64,000 bases of DNA from an uncultured Candidatus Saccharibacteria bacterium (GCA_964622505.1 CAZUQJ010000001.1:44240-108239), one strand, 5' to 3'. Positions 9,776 through 19,955 are shown, numbered from the stretch's first letter. The notes: generated by a model from the letters alone, not told the origin. Numbers and translations: made by a program.

Positions 9776-10834
9776 ATGAAAAAAGAGGAATCATCTCATA
9801 TCGCCCTATATCGTAAATACCGCCCGCAAGCTTTTGCTGATGTTGTCGGTCAGGATCATATTGTGACTGCGGTTAAAGGCGCGCTTGATTCTGGCAAGGT
9901 CAGCCACGCATATTTGCTCTGTGGTCCACGTGGTACAGGCAAGACAACAATTGCGCGGATTATCGCCCGTGAGCTTGGCACAAGCCCAAACGATATCTAT
10001 GAGCTCGATGGTGCAAGTAATCGCAAGATCGAAGATGTGCGTGAGATCCGCGAAAATATCCGTACACTACCTTTTGATTCTAAATACAAAGTCTACATTA
10101 TCGATGAAGTGCACATGTTTACAAAAGAGGCATGGAATGCACTATTGAAAACTCTCGAGGAGCCACCTGAGCATGTCATATTTATACTTGCAACGACCGA
10201 GCTCGACAAAGTACCCGAGACAATCATTTCGCGTTGTCAGACTTTTACTTTCCACAAGCCGACAGATCTTGTCCTGGCCGAAGTTGTTAAAAACACAAGC
10301 AAGAAAGAAGGGTACAAGATCGATGAAGGAGGGGCAGAGCTTCTGGCATTGATCGGTGATGGCTCATTTCGTGATACGTTGTCGAACTTGGATAAAGTAA
10401 TTTCTTTTGCAAAGAGCAAAAATATTACGATAGCTGATATTGCAGGCGTGACTGGTGCGCCGGAGCGCACACTCGTAGAGGACTTTATATCCTCAATTGC
10501 AACCAATGATATCGCACGGGGCTACGAAGTGGTCCATACTGCGAGTATTCAAAATGTAGACATGAAGATCTATATCAAAATGATCCTTTCAACACTCCGC
10601 TATGCACTCATGTTGCGCTACGCTCCGAATACAAAGGCAAAAATTGCTTCATCTCTATCAGCTCACGACATGGAATTTATTTCCGATATTATAAAAGACA
10701 AGCCGGAATTCATCACTTCTCGCACACTTTCCGTACTTCTTGAAGCGTACCAGAGTACACGTTTTGCATTTATCGCGGAGTTGCCACTCGAGCTTGCTCT
10801 TGTAGATATATTAAAAAATGACACAAAGGCGTAA
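9776..10834 (+). CDS. dnaX: DNA polymerase III subunit gamma/tau
   Basis: ALYRKYRP, GPRGTGKTT, IIDEVHM, NALLKTLEEPP, SRC. Confidence 0.95.
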   Translation: MKKEESSHIALYRKYRPQAFADVVGQDHIVTAVKGALDSGKVSHAYLLCGPRGTGKTTIARIIARELGTSPNDIYELDGASNRKIEDVREIRENIRTLPFDSKYKVYIIDEVHMFTKEAWNALLKTLEEPPEHVIFILATTELDKVPETIISRCQTFTFHKPTDLVLAEVVKNTSKKEGYKIDEGGAELLALIGDGSFRDTLSNLDKVISFAKSKNITIADIAGVTGAPERTLVEDFISSIATNDIARGYEVVHTASIQNVDMKIYIKMILSTLRYALMLRYAPNTKAKIASSLSAHDMEFISDIIKDKPEFITSRTLSVLLEAYQSTRFAFIAELPLELALVDILKNDTKA

Positions 10835-11124
10835 GAGTTTCTTGACAGAGTGAAGGTAATCGTATACCATATCTATAGTTATGAACAATTTTGTAACAAC
10901 ATTGAAGAAGGGAAAGAAGAACTCCATTGAGGGCACTCTTTCCTAGTTGTTGATACAATAAACTCAGAAAAGAAAATGCTCTCGCAAGAGAGCATTTTCT
11001 TTTTTAGAGCTTGGGATTTGGATATGTATCGTATCCAAATCCCAGCCTCTAAGCAAGTGTTTAGAATTTACTGGAAAATTTGTCCTTTTAAAATAATAAA
11101 TATAAAAAATAAATAATAAAATTT

Positions 11125-11607
11125 ATGGATACAGTTAATCAAACTTTTCTGATCGATGGTGGCCCCGCATTTGTGCGCCATGGCGTTTCTACTCCCGTGC
11201 TTCTTCATAAATATTATGATGAAGGTGAATGGAGTCCTAATCTTTTTTCTCTTGAAATTATTAAAGACAAAGAAGAATTTCTAAATATAAGGCGTGGTGC
11301 AAATTGCCATGCCCTGGAATTCTATTTCAGAAACCAGAAACTAACACGAGAGCTTGTTGCCAATTCAGGAGTTACAAAAATCATTATTGTGGGTACTGTT
11401 TTCAGTCTGCATGGGGATCCTCATTATGAGGTTTTAAACCTTATTCCAAATGCGCATGTCGACAAGGAATGGTTTTATGGTTTTGAAACTGCTGATGCAA
11501 TATTACAATCAAAGGAACTGGTGGCCGTATTGTTAACAAATCAAACACTGTCTATTATCAACTTGTCAGATTCAGATGTTGTAACTGTGGGTCATGGAAC
11601 TTGCTGA
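11125..11607 (+). CDS. hypothetical protein
   Basis: 160-aa ORF behind a TTGACA-17-TACCAT promoter (10842-10870) and a hairpin-rich leader. Confidence 0.55.
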   Translation: MDTVNQTFLIDGGPAFVRHGVSTPVLLHKYYDEGEWSPNLFSLEIIKDKEEFLNIRRGANCHALEFYFRNQKLTRELVANSGVTKIIIVGTVFSLHGDPHYEVLNLIPNAHVDKEWFYGFETADAILQSKELVAVLLTNQTLSIINLSDSDVVTVGHGTC

Positions 11608-11736
11608 GTATTCAAAAATTTTACAAAATCTTGCCCCAGTATATTTTACTGGGGCATTATTTATTGTCGTAATGTACCATAGATTATTGTCTTTTTGTTG
11701 TTTTTAGTGTACTTTATATCTATATCTACTATATAT

Positions 11737-11807
11737 TGGGGTATCGTCTAATGGTAGGACAGAGGCCTTTGAAGCCTTTAATCGAGGTTCGAATCCTTGT
11801 ACCCCAG
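11737..11807 (+). tRNA. tRNA-Gln(TTG)
   Basis: TGGGGTA/TACCCCA acceptor stem, GAGGC-ctTTGaa-GCCTT anticodon arm, GGTTCGAATCC T arm. Confidence 0.95.
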
Positions 11808-11808
11808 C

Positions 11809-11962
11809 AAAAAAGCGAAGCGTTTATGGGGTAAGAAAGCAAACAAGTTTGCTTTCGACAAGGATTCGAAGACCTTGAGTATATCGCACGCATCTGCCAT
11901 CGGCAGAGCGTACGATACGAAAGGTGTACTGATCCTGTAAGGATCGAAATTCCTTGTACTCT
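11809..11962 (+). repeat. structured element at the tRNA-Gln 3' end
   Basis: Contains an antisense copy of the tRNA 3' end (TGGGGTA..ACAAGGATTCGAA), several hairpins and a partial direct copy (TCCTTGTAC). Confidence 0.6.
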
Positions 11963-12019
11963 GAGGATAAAATAACTAGCTTATTTTATCCTCCATAAAA
12001 TGCTAGAATATTGGGATAC

Positions 12020-13459
12020 ATGAAAAACTTGGTAGAAATTGTTGGCGATATCGAGCCTTTGAACATAAAGGGCTCTTTGGACGTATTGATTTCCTCTGTT
12101 TCTATCAATTCTGCGCTTGTAGTTCCCGATGCACTTTTTATTGCTATTGTCGGCGCCCAAGTTGATGGCCATGATTTTATTGACGACGCAATCAGTAAAG
12201 GTGCGAAAGTTATTGTCTACGAAAAAGATATAGAATTCAAAGATGGGATTGTATATATCAAAGTTGCTGATAGTCATGAAGCATCGGGTAAGATTGCCAA
12301 TGCTTATTATGATTATCCTTCAAAAAAATTGAAAATTATTGGTGTCACAGGAACAAATGGCAAGACAACTATTGTTACACTACTTCACCAACTGTTTCGC
12401 AACCTTGGATACAAAGCGGGCATGATCGGGACAGTAGCAAATAAAATCAATGACGATAGTGTTGAAGCAGTCCGCACTACTCCCGACCCGATCACACTCA
12501 ACGAAACTTTGGCTCAAATGGTAGAAGCGGGTTGTGGGTATTGCTTTATGGAAGTTAGCTCTCATGCGGTAGCGCTCAAACGTATCGAAGGATTGGAATT
12601 TGTAGGTGGCGTATTTACCAACCTCACGCATGACCATCTGGATTTCCACAACACTATAGAAGAATATGCAAAAGCCAAACAAGATTTTTTCACTAGTTTA
12701 CCATCCACAAGTTTCGCACTTTCAAATATGGACAGTGACAAGGGAGAGTTTATGCTGGAATCTACAAAAGCAAAAAAGTATTTTTATTCAAGAGAAAAGC
12801 CTGCAGATTTTACTGGCGCAGTAGACACCAAATTGATAGGTGACTTCAATCAATCAAATATATTGGCTGTACTTGGTACGGCAGTATTGCTAGGCGTAGA
12901 CGAGAAAGTAGCGAGAGAGGAGATCAAAAAGCTTGATCCAGCGCCAGGCAGATTTATATCATGGACCAGTCCGACTGGTACAATTGGGATTGTAGACTAT
13001 TCACATACCCCAGATGCTTTGGAAAATGTGTTAAAAACAATCCAAAATCTTGTAGGTGTCCAACACCTACATAAGGAGGTGTCCAACACCTACAAGCCCA
13101 AAGTGATTACGGTTGTGGGTTGTGGTGGTGACCGAGATAAAGCAAAGCGTCCAGTGATGGCTAAAATTGCTTATAATATGAGTGATATTGTGATCCTGAC
13201 TTCAGACAATCCCCGTAGTGAAAATCCTCAAACGATTTTGGTTGAGATGCAAAAAGGTCTACCAGAAAATTATCAGAACAAAGTACAAATAATAGAAGAT
13301 CGGCACTTGGCAATCCAAAAAGCATGCGAACTCGCAAAAAGTGGTGACTACATATTACTTGCTGGCAAAGGTCATGAAAATTACCAAGAGGTAAATGGAG
13401 TCAAAACGCATTTTGATGATATGGAAGAATTAAAAAAGTGTTTTGATAAAATGATATAA
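12020..13459 (+). CDS. murE: UDP-MurNAc-tripeptide ligase MurE (meso-DAP type)
   Basis: GVTGTNGKTT, MEVSSH, DYSHTPD, GCGGDRD, DNPR, AGKGHE. Confidence 0.95.
   Translation: MKNLVEIVGDIEPLNIKGSLDVLISSVSINSALVVPDALFIAIVGAQVDGHDFIDDAISKGAKVIVYEKDIEFKDGIVYIKVADSHEASGKIANAYYDYPSKKLKIIGVTGTNGKTTIVTLLHQLFRNLGYKAGMIGTVANKINDDSVEAVRTTPDPITLNETLAQMVEAGCGYCFMEVSSHAVALKRIEGLEFVGGVFTNLTHDHLDFHNTIEEYAKAKQDFFTSLPSTSFALSNMDSDKGEFMLESTKAKKYFYSREKPADFTGAVDTKLIGDFNQSNILAVLGTAVLLGVDEKVAREEIKKLDPAPGRFISWTSPTGTIGIVDYSHTPDALENVLKTIQNLVGVQHLHKEVSNTYKPKVITVVGCGGDRDKAKRPVMAKIAYNMSDIVILTSDNPRSENPQTILVEMQKGLPENYQNKVQIIEDRHLAIQKACELAKSGDYILLAGKGHENYQEVNGVKTHFDDMEELKKCFDKMI
13052..13095. repeat. 44-bp double-hairpin element inserted in frame in murE
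   Basis: GTAGGTGT-CCA-ACACCTAC-ATAAGG-AGGTGT-CCA-ACACCTACAA; second copy in atpG. Confidence 0.85.
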
Positions 13460-13466
13460 TATTTTT

Positions 13467-15206
13467 ATGGACAAAATTTGTACACGATGCAAAACAGAAT
13501 TTACCATAACAGAAAATGATACTATATTTTATCAGAAAATTTCTGTGCCACCACCTACACTTTGCCCCAACTGTCGTTGTGCGCGACGCATGGTCCACCG
13601 CAACGAGCGTAATTTGTATAAAAGAAAATGTGACGTCACGGGCAAAGATATTATATCGATCTATCGAGCAGATTGTCCGTATACTGTTTGTGATAAGGAA
13701 TACTATTTTTCTGATTCATTTGACCCATTCGCGTACGGAGTAGCCTACAATCCCGACCTGACCTTTTTTGAACAATTTTATGCATTTGCAAAGAAAGTTC
13801 CAATGTCGTCTCTTTTTATTCAAACCTCAGAGAATTGTGAATACAATCAAGACATGAGTGGTGCGTTGAATTGCTATCTTTGCTCGCGTACACACGACTC
13901 TACAAATATGTTTTATACCTATCGAGGAAACAAATCGAGTGACTGCATTGATTGTTTTCAAGTAGTAGAAGCATCAGAATTTCTGTATGAATGTGTGAAT
14001 TCTTCGAATTCAAGCAATAGCCAGTTTTTGCATTCATGTGATAAATGTTCGGATTCAAGTTTCCTATACAACTGCGTTGGGTGTATTGATTGTTTTATGT
14101 GTACTGATCAGCGAGGCAAGCAATGCTACTATAAAAACCAGCAATACTCTCGCGAAGAATACAAAAAAATACTAGATTCATATAATCTCTCAACATATGA
14201 GGGACAACAAAGAGCGCTTGCAGAATTTGAAGCATTTTTGAAAAAGTTTCCTCGAAAGAATTTGAACGTAATTCGATCAGACAATGTTTCGGGGGATGGT
14301 ATTTTTGATTCAAAAGATTGTAATAATGTTTTTAATGTGCGAACGACAGAAAATTGCTCATATATATGGGACTCTATGAGGTACAAGGATTCGATGGATG
14401 CGTATTCTGGAGCAAGTGTTGAGCTTGTCTATGAAGCAACGGCCACTACTAATCACAGTAGCAATTGTCATTTTTGTGTTCGAATATATAAAGGGAGTCG
14501 TGACTGTGAATATAGTTGGTTTTTGAGAAATTGTTCAAATTGTTTCGGTTGCGTCAGCCTCAAGGATAAAGAATATTGTATTTTTAATATACAGTATTCA
14601 AAGGAAGAGTATTTTTCTATTCTCGAACAAATAAAAAGTAAAATGATTGCCGACGGTGAGTATGGAGAATTTTTCCCTTTCTATACTTCGCCATTTCCAT
14701 ACAACGACACCGTTGCGCAAGAATATTTTCCGCTTGATAAAAAAAGTGCAGTAGACCATGGACTGCAATGGGGTGAAATGGAAGAGAAAAAGCATCAAAC
14801 AACAATGACAGCACTCGAATTACCAGATGCTATTGCTGATGTAACTGATGCAATTTTACGAGAAACAATTGCGTGTGAGCACGACGGGGAATGTGCCCAT
14901 GGCTGCACAAAAGCATTTCGGATTGTGGCCGATGAATTGGCATATTATAGGAGGAAAGGCATACCACTGCCGAAAAAATGCCCAAACTGTCGATACTATC
15001 GCCGGCTTGAGTACCGTAACCCCACTCGCTTACGTGATATAGTATGTATGTGCCGAGGAGCGGAAATGGCCAATGGGGTATATAAAAATACAGTAGCGCA
15101 TGCTCATGGAGACAGTCCTTGTGGCGAGAATGTACAGACTACGATAAAAGAAGAGGGAGGATTTATAATCTATTGCGATCAATGCTATAAAAAAGAAGTA
15201 TTTTAA
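13467..15206 (+). CDS. large cysteine-rich protein with CxxC zinc-ribbon motifs (type common in CPR genomes)
   Basis: CTRC, CPNC, C..C..CF.C repeats, LPKKCPNCR, YCDQCY. Confidence 0.75.
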   Translation: MDKICTRCKTEFTITENDTIFYQKISVPPPTLCPNCRCARRMVHRNERNLYKRKCDVTGKDIISIYRADCPYTVCDKEYYFSDSFDPFAYGVAYNPDLTFFEQFYAFAKKVPMSSLFIQTSENCEYNQDMSGALNCYLCSRTHDSTNMFYTYRGNKSSDCIDCFQVVEASEFLYECVNSSNSSNSQFLHSCDKCSDSSFLYNCVGCIDCFMCTDQRGKQCYYKNQQYSREEYKKILDSYNLSTYEGQQRALAEFEAFLKKFPRKNLNVIRSDNVSGDGIFDSKDCNNVFNVRTTENCSYIWDSMRYKDSMDAYSGASVELVYEATATTNHSSNCHFCVRIYKGSRDCEYSWFLRNCSNCFGCVSLKDKEYCIFNIQYSKEEYFSILEQIKSKMIADGEYGEFFPFYTSPFPYNDTVAQEYFPLDKKSAVDHGLQWGEMEEKKHQTTMTALELPDAIADVTDAILRETIACEHDGECAHGCTKAFRIVADELAYYRRKGIPLPKKCPNCRYYRRLEYRNPTRLRDIVCMCRGAEMANGVYKNTVAHAHGDSPCGENVQTTIKEEGGFIIYCDQCYKKEVF

Positions 15207-16619
15207 ATGAAAAATTACAAACAACAATTTAAAGGGAAGAAGATAACTATTATGGGGCTGGGGCTTCTGGGTCGGGGGCTTGGGTATACCAAGTTCCTAG
15301 CCGAGTGTGGTGCGGATTTGATCGTCACTGATTTAAAACCTGAGAAAGAATTAGAAACTTCAATTAAACAATTACGAAAATTCGCAAACCCCGAAGGAAA
15401 GAGTACTTCCAACGGGGCAAGTATACAGTTTGTTTTGGGGGAGCATAGATTGCAGGATTTCAAAAACAGAGACATGATTATCAAAAATCCTGGTATACCA
15501 ATGGACTCTATCTATATAAAGGAAGCTCGCAAAAACAATATTCCGATAGAGATGGATGTATCATTTTTTGCTAAATGTGCGCCGGATGTAATGATTATTG
15601 GAGTAACTGGCACTCGTGGTAAGAGTATGACAACAATGCTGATTCACGACATTTTGAAGCAAAATGAAAAATTCTTAAAGCATCCTTCGACTACGCTCAG
15701 GACAAAAAAACCTACAGTTTTTTTGGGTGGGAACATTCGTGGAGTTGCGACACTGCCATTACTGAAGCAAGTACAGCCAGGCGATATCCTTGTGTGTGAG
15801 CTTGATTCATGGCAACTGCAAGGCTTTGGTGAGGCGAAACTCTCGCCACAGGTATCTGTTTTTACGACTTTTATGCGTGACCATATGAATTATTACAAAG
15901 ATGATGTGGATATGTATTTTGAAGATAAGGCCAACATTTTTAAGTATCAGAAAAAAGGTGATGCATTAGTTATCTTGCCTAAGATGAAAAAATTGATCAA
16001 GAAAAATATAAAAAGTAAATTGATCATTGCCAATAGTAAAGACGTAGAGAAGTTTGATTTTGTTGTGCCTGGTGTTCACCAACGCGAAAACTTGGCTTGT
16101 GCATTTGAGGTGGCAAAGATTTTCGGCATTCCGGAATCAAAAATAAAATCTGCAGTTAAAAATTTCAAAGGAGTTGAAGGCCGATTGCAATACGTAAAAA
16201 CAGTTAAAGGGGTCAAAATTTACAATGACAACAATGCAACAACTCCCGAAGCAACAATAGCAGGGCTTGAAGCATTGTCTTCTGCAAGGTTTGACCTAGC
16301 GGAGAAAAAAATAATCTTGATTGCTGGTGGTTCGGATAAAAAGTTGGATACCAAAATACTAGCGAATGCAGTAAATAAGGATTGTAAAGAAGCCATATTT
16401 TTAAAAGGTACTGGCACAGAAAGTTTTTTAACGAATAACACATTGCGAATTCCTACAGAAATTGTAGGTAACTTAAAAGACGCAATAGCTTATGCACTGA
16501 AAGTTGCCAAGAAAGGTGATATAATCTTATTTTCACCAGCATTTGCTTCATTTGGCTTGTTTAATAATGAATATGAGCGCAATGACGAATTTATGAAAAT
16601 TGTTAAAAAACTGAAATAG
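15207..16619 (+). CDS. murD: UDP-MurNAc-L-Ala--D-Glu ligase
   Basis: MGLG..G, GVTGTRGKS, ELDSWQL, DHMNYY, LFSPAFAS. Confidence 0.93.
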   Translation: MKNYKQQFKGKKITIMGLGLLGRGLGYTKFLAECGADLIVTDLKPEKELETSIKQLRKFANPEGKSTSNGASIQFVLGEHRLQDFKNRDMIIKNPGIPMDSIYIKEARKNNIPIEMDVSFFAKCAPDVMIIGVTGTRGKSMTTMLIHDILKQNEKFLKHPSTTLRTKKPTVFLGGNIRGVATLPLLKQVQPGDILVCELDSWQLQGFGEAKLSPQVSVFTTFMRDHMNYYKDDVDMYFEDKANIFKYQKKGDALVILPKMKKLIKKNIKSKLIIANSKDVEKFDFVVPGVHQRENLACAFEVAKIFGIPESKIKSAVKNFKGVEGRLQYVKTVKGVKIYNDNNATTPEATIAGLEALSSARFDLAEKKIILIAGGSDKKLDTKILANAVNKDCKEAIFLKGTGTESFLTNNTLRIPTEIVGNLKDAIAYALKVAKKGDIILFSPAFASFGLFNNEYERNDEFMKIVKKLK

Positions 16620-16620
16620 T

Positions 16621-17406
16621 ATGGAAAAATTTTCTATTACAAATCGATATGGTTTAAAAATAGTTGGGGAATTACATATCCCAGTAAATGTTGCTGGGCT
16701 TGCTTTTGTCGAGCATGGGCTCGGTGGTACTAAGGAACAACCAAATACCATGGCCATGGTATATACATTGTTTGCCAATAATTATATTGTTGTGAATTTT
16801 GATGCGACAAATTCTATTGGCGAAAGTGGGGGTAAATATGAAAATGCCACAATGCAATTGCATTATGAAGACCTTGTGGATGTTATAGCTTGGGCAAAGG
16901 GGCAAGATTGGTATAAAGAACCTTTTGTTCTGGCAGGACATAGTTTGGGTGGATATGCAGTGGCTCAATATGCTGAAGATTACCCTGAGCAAGTTAAAGC
17001 CGTATTTCCATTTGCCCTAGTTGTGTCAGGAGCATTGAGTTATAAAAAATACGAACAGTTTAAATCTGAAGAATTTAAAAGTTGGAAAGAAACAGGGTGG
17101 AAAGAAGAAATGAGTACATCAAAACCAGGATTTATAAAAAGATTGCCATGGTCTCATATGGAAGAAAGGTTACAGCATGATTTGTTATCACACGCATCGA
17201 AGCTAAAGATGCCGATACTTTTTGTAATAGGAGAAAACGATACCTCTTGCCCGCCAGAACATCAAAAAGTGTTATATGATATACTACCTGAAATTACAGA
17301 CAAAGAGTTCCATGTTGTAAAAGGTGCACCGCATACGTTTAAAGAAGCTCATGACATAGAAGAATTAAAAAATATTTTCGATACATGGCTTAAGAAATTA
17401 AAATAA
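16621..17406 (+). CDS. alpha/beta hydrolase
   Basis: HGLGG, GHSLGG nucleophile elbow, G.ND, GAPH. Confidence 0.9.
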   Translation: MEKFSITNRYGLKIVGELHIPVNVAGLAFVEHGLGGTKEQPNTMAMVYTLFANNYIVVNFDATNSIGESGGKYENATMQLHYEDLVDVIAWAKGQDWYKEPFVLAGHSLGGYAVAQYAEDYPEQVKAVFPFALVVSGALSYKKYEQFKSEEFKSWKETGWKEEMSTSKPGFIKRLPWSHMEERLQHDLLSHASKLKMPILFVIGENDTSCPPEHQKVLYDILPEITDKEFHVVKGAPHTFKEAHDIEELKNIFDTWLKKLK

Positions 17407-17410
17407 AATT

Positions 17411-18730
17411 ATGGAAGATTTAGATTTAACACAAATAAAACACATTCACTTTATCGGCATTGGCGGGATTGGTATCTCCGCTCTGGCTCGTATGATGCTC
17501 TATGAAGAGAAAAAGGTTAGTGGGCAGGATATGCAAGATTCGGAAATTGTCGCAGAATTAAAAAAATCCGGCGCCAAGATCACCATAGGGCAATCGCTCG
17601 ATGCTATTCCAAAAAGTACAGACTTGATCGTGTACACTATTGCTATTGAGAACTATGATCCAGAGCTTTTTGACGTATTGAAAAACCAAGAGGACATTCC
17701 GATCCGATCGTACCCAGAGATGCTCAATATTGTGACTCGTGGTAAGTACACTATCGCGATCTCTGGTACTCATGGCAAGACGACCACTACAGGTATGATC
17801 GCCAAAGTCCTCGGAGACACAGGCAACGATCCAACAGTCATAGTTGGTAGTGTGTTGACGGACATGCATACAAATTTCCTCGCGGGCAAGAGCCAGTATT
17901 TCGTCGTTGAGGCGTGCGAATACCGCCGATCATTTCTCAATATCAATCCAAACATACTCGTGATTACCAATATTGATGCCGACCACTTGGATTATTATAA
18001 AGATATGGATGATATAAAAAGTGCTTTTCGAGAGCTTGCATTGAAGGTTCCAAAAAGTGGCTTTGTCATTTGTAATCCAACCGATCCGCATATTATTGAT
18101 GTTGTGGCAGGTATCGAAGCGCAGGTTGTAGATTACGAAAGATTTTTCGATGAAAATTTGGAGCTTACATTGCCAGGAATTCACAACAAGCAAAATGCAG
18201 CTTGTGCGACTGCTGTTGGTGTATCGATAGAAATCGACCCTGAAAATATCAAAGAATCCTTGGAGCAATTTGCAGGCGCGGCGCGACGATTTGAATATAA
18301 AGGCGAGATGAAAAGTGGGACAAAGATCTATGATGACTATGCGCACCATCCGACCGAGATTGTGGCATCACTCCAAGGATTTCGAGAATTGTATTCCAAA
18401 GAAGACGGATGGCGCCTGACGATAGTATTCCAGCCACATTTGTTTAGCCGAACCCGAGCACTACTCGAAGATTTTGCAAAAAGTTTCGTTGATGCTGACG
18501 AGGTAGTACTCTTACCGATCTACTATGCACGCGAAGAAGATGACGGCACTATATCGTCGGAGCTATTGGCTGAAAAAATTACAGAGAGTGGGACTGAAGC
18601 CAAAGCATTTATTGATTTTGAAACTGCAGAAGAATATATCCGGACACTTGCGCTTGATGATAAAAATATACTAATCACAATGGGTGCCGGCGAAGCTTTT
18701 AAAATAGGAGATGCATTAATCCAAAAATAA
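17411..18730 (+). CDS. murC: UDP-MurNAc--L-Ala ligase
   Basis: HFIGIGGIGIS, GTHGKTTT, DDYAHHPTE, FQPH, MGAG. Confidence 0.96.
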   Translation: MEDLDLTQIKHIHFIGIGGIGISALARMMLYEEKKVSGQDMQDSEIVAELKKSGAKITIGQSLDAIPKSTDLIVYTIAIENYDPELFDVLKNQEDIPIRSYPEMLNIVTRGKYTIAISGTHGKTTTTGMIAKVLGDTGNDPTVIVGSVLTDMHTNFLAGKSQYFVVEACEYRRSFLNINPNILVITNIDADHLDYYKDMDDIKSAFRELALKVPKSGFVICNPTDPHIIDVVAGIEAQVVDYERFFDENLELTLPGIHNKQNAACATAVGVSIEIDPENIKESLEQFAGAARRFEYKGEMKSGTKIYDDYAHHPTEIVASLQGFRELYSKEDGWRLTIVFQPHLFSRTRALLEDFAKSFVDADEVVLLPIYYAREEDDGTISSELLAEKITESGTEAKAFIDFETAEEYIRTLALDDKNILITMGAGEAFKIGDALIQK

Positions 18731-18755
18731 TTTATTTTTGTGATATAATAAATAT

Positions 18756-19649
18756 ATGAAGAAGATTTTTGCACATGGCATTATAGCAATTGCGTTTTTA
18801 CTGTTGCCGTTTTCGTTTGTGCATGCAGTAAGCGATTCTGGATTCCTCAACGACACTATATGGTATTCGGAAAAATCTTTTGTCGAAGGCGACACTATAG
18901 AGATCCATACGGCTGTTTGGAATGCAGAGGACGTATCTCTCTCTGCAAAAGTTGAGTTTACAGATGGCAACACAATACTCGGCTCACGGTCTGTCACGGT
19001 GCCAGTGCGTACATTGCAAGACGTTTTTATCACTTGGAAAGTCACAGCCGGGGAACATACGATCAAAGCTACAATTAAAAATGCGACTACAACAGTCAAT
19101 GGCAAGGCAACTGCGATTACATTTGCCGATGCCGAGCAATCGTTGCCAAAAATTTCCATTGCAAAGAAATCTATAAATGGTGTTGACGATGTTACCAAAG
19201 CTATTACTGACAAAGTAGATAGTACATTACCGGAAAATGTGGCAAAGCCTATATCAAAGGGTATTGTTTCTGTAGATACTTTCCGCATCAATACAGAAAC
19301 AAAGATCGAGAGCTTGCTTGAGAGTGTTGGTAGTAGAATTAAAACTTTTGAGGCAGCTTCAACTACAGCACCTGAGCCTGTAAAAACCGAGGAACCTACA
19401 AAAAAAACTGATACCAAAACGACCACCAAAACAACTACCAAAACCGAAGAGGCAAAAGTTGCCGGTACAAAAGAATCGACTGTAGTCAAAAAGCCTCTGT
19501 CAGGTACAGAGAAGCCGATAGCCTATGTGGAATTGTTCCTATTAAAAGTAGCTTCATTTATCTTCAAAAGTGCTGTGGCCTTCTATCTCGTATGCGCATT
19601 TTTACTCTTTATAATAGTACGATTTATCTACAAAAAGATCCGCGGGTAG
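18756..19649 (+). CDS. surface protein: signal peptide, Ig/CARDB-like domain, Thr/Lys linker, C-terminal TM anchor
   Basis: Signal peptide, beta-rich N-terminal domain, KTTTKTTTK linker, hydrophobic C-terminus. Confidence 0.65.
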   Translation: MKKIFAHGIIAIAFLLLPFSFVHAVSDSGFLNDTIWYSEKSFVEGDTIEIHTAVWNAEDVSLSAKVEFTDGNTILGSRSVTVPVRTLQDVFITWKVTAGEHTIKATIKNATTTVNGKATAITFADAEQSLPKISIAKKSINGVDDVTKAITDKVDSTLPENVAKPISKGIVSVDTFRINTETKIESLLESVGSRIKTFEAASTTAPEPVKTEEPTKKTDTKTTTKTTTKTEEAKVAGTKESTVVKKPLSGTEKPIAYVELFLLKVASFIFKSAVAFYLVCAFLLFIIVRFIYKKIRG

Positions 19650-19688
19650 TGATTTTGCAAAAGCTTTCATTTGCCCTATAATGTTGGC

Positions 19689-19955
19689 ATGAAGCGGATC
19701 GTACTCGACATATGCATACTACTCTCAATATTCTTACTCCCGTGGTGGATTACGCTATTTCTAAGTGCTGTTGGCATGTTCCTCTACGAAAATTTCTATG
19801 AATTTATAATTGCGTTCCTTTTTGTATATGCAGTATACGGATTTGGTAGTACGGGGGTGTTGGGAAGCAAAGTGTATTTACCACTCATCCTATTTGTAAT
19901 ATTTATTGCATTTTCGTTTGTTAAAAAGCAATTTATCTTTTACCAAAAACAATGA
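19689..19955 (+). CDS. small membrane protein (upstream of PBP2)
   Basis: Hydrophobic 88 aa; ATGA overlap with mrdA. Confidence 0.65.
   Translation: MKRIVLDICILLSIFLLPWWITLFLSAVGMFLYENFYEFIIAFLFVYAVYGFGSTGVLGSKVYLPLILFVIFIAFSFVKKQFIFYQKQ

Noticed and set aside
18716-19489. Long antisense ORFs (also 21034-21681, 25006-25740, 52805-53413)
   Set aside because: Shadow frames opposite well-supported genes
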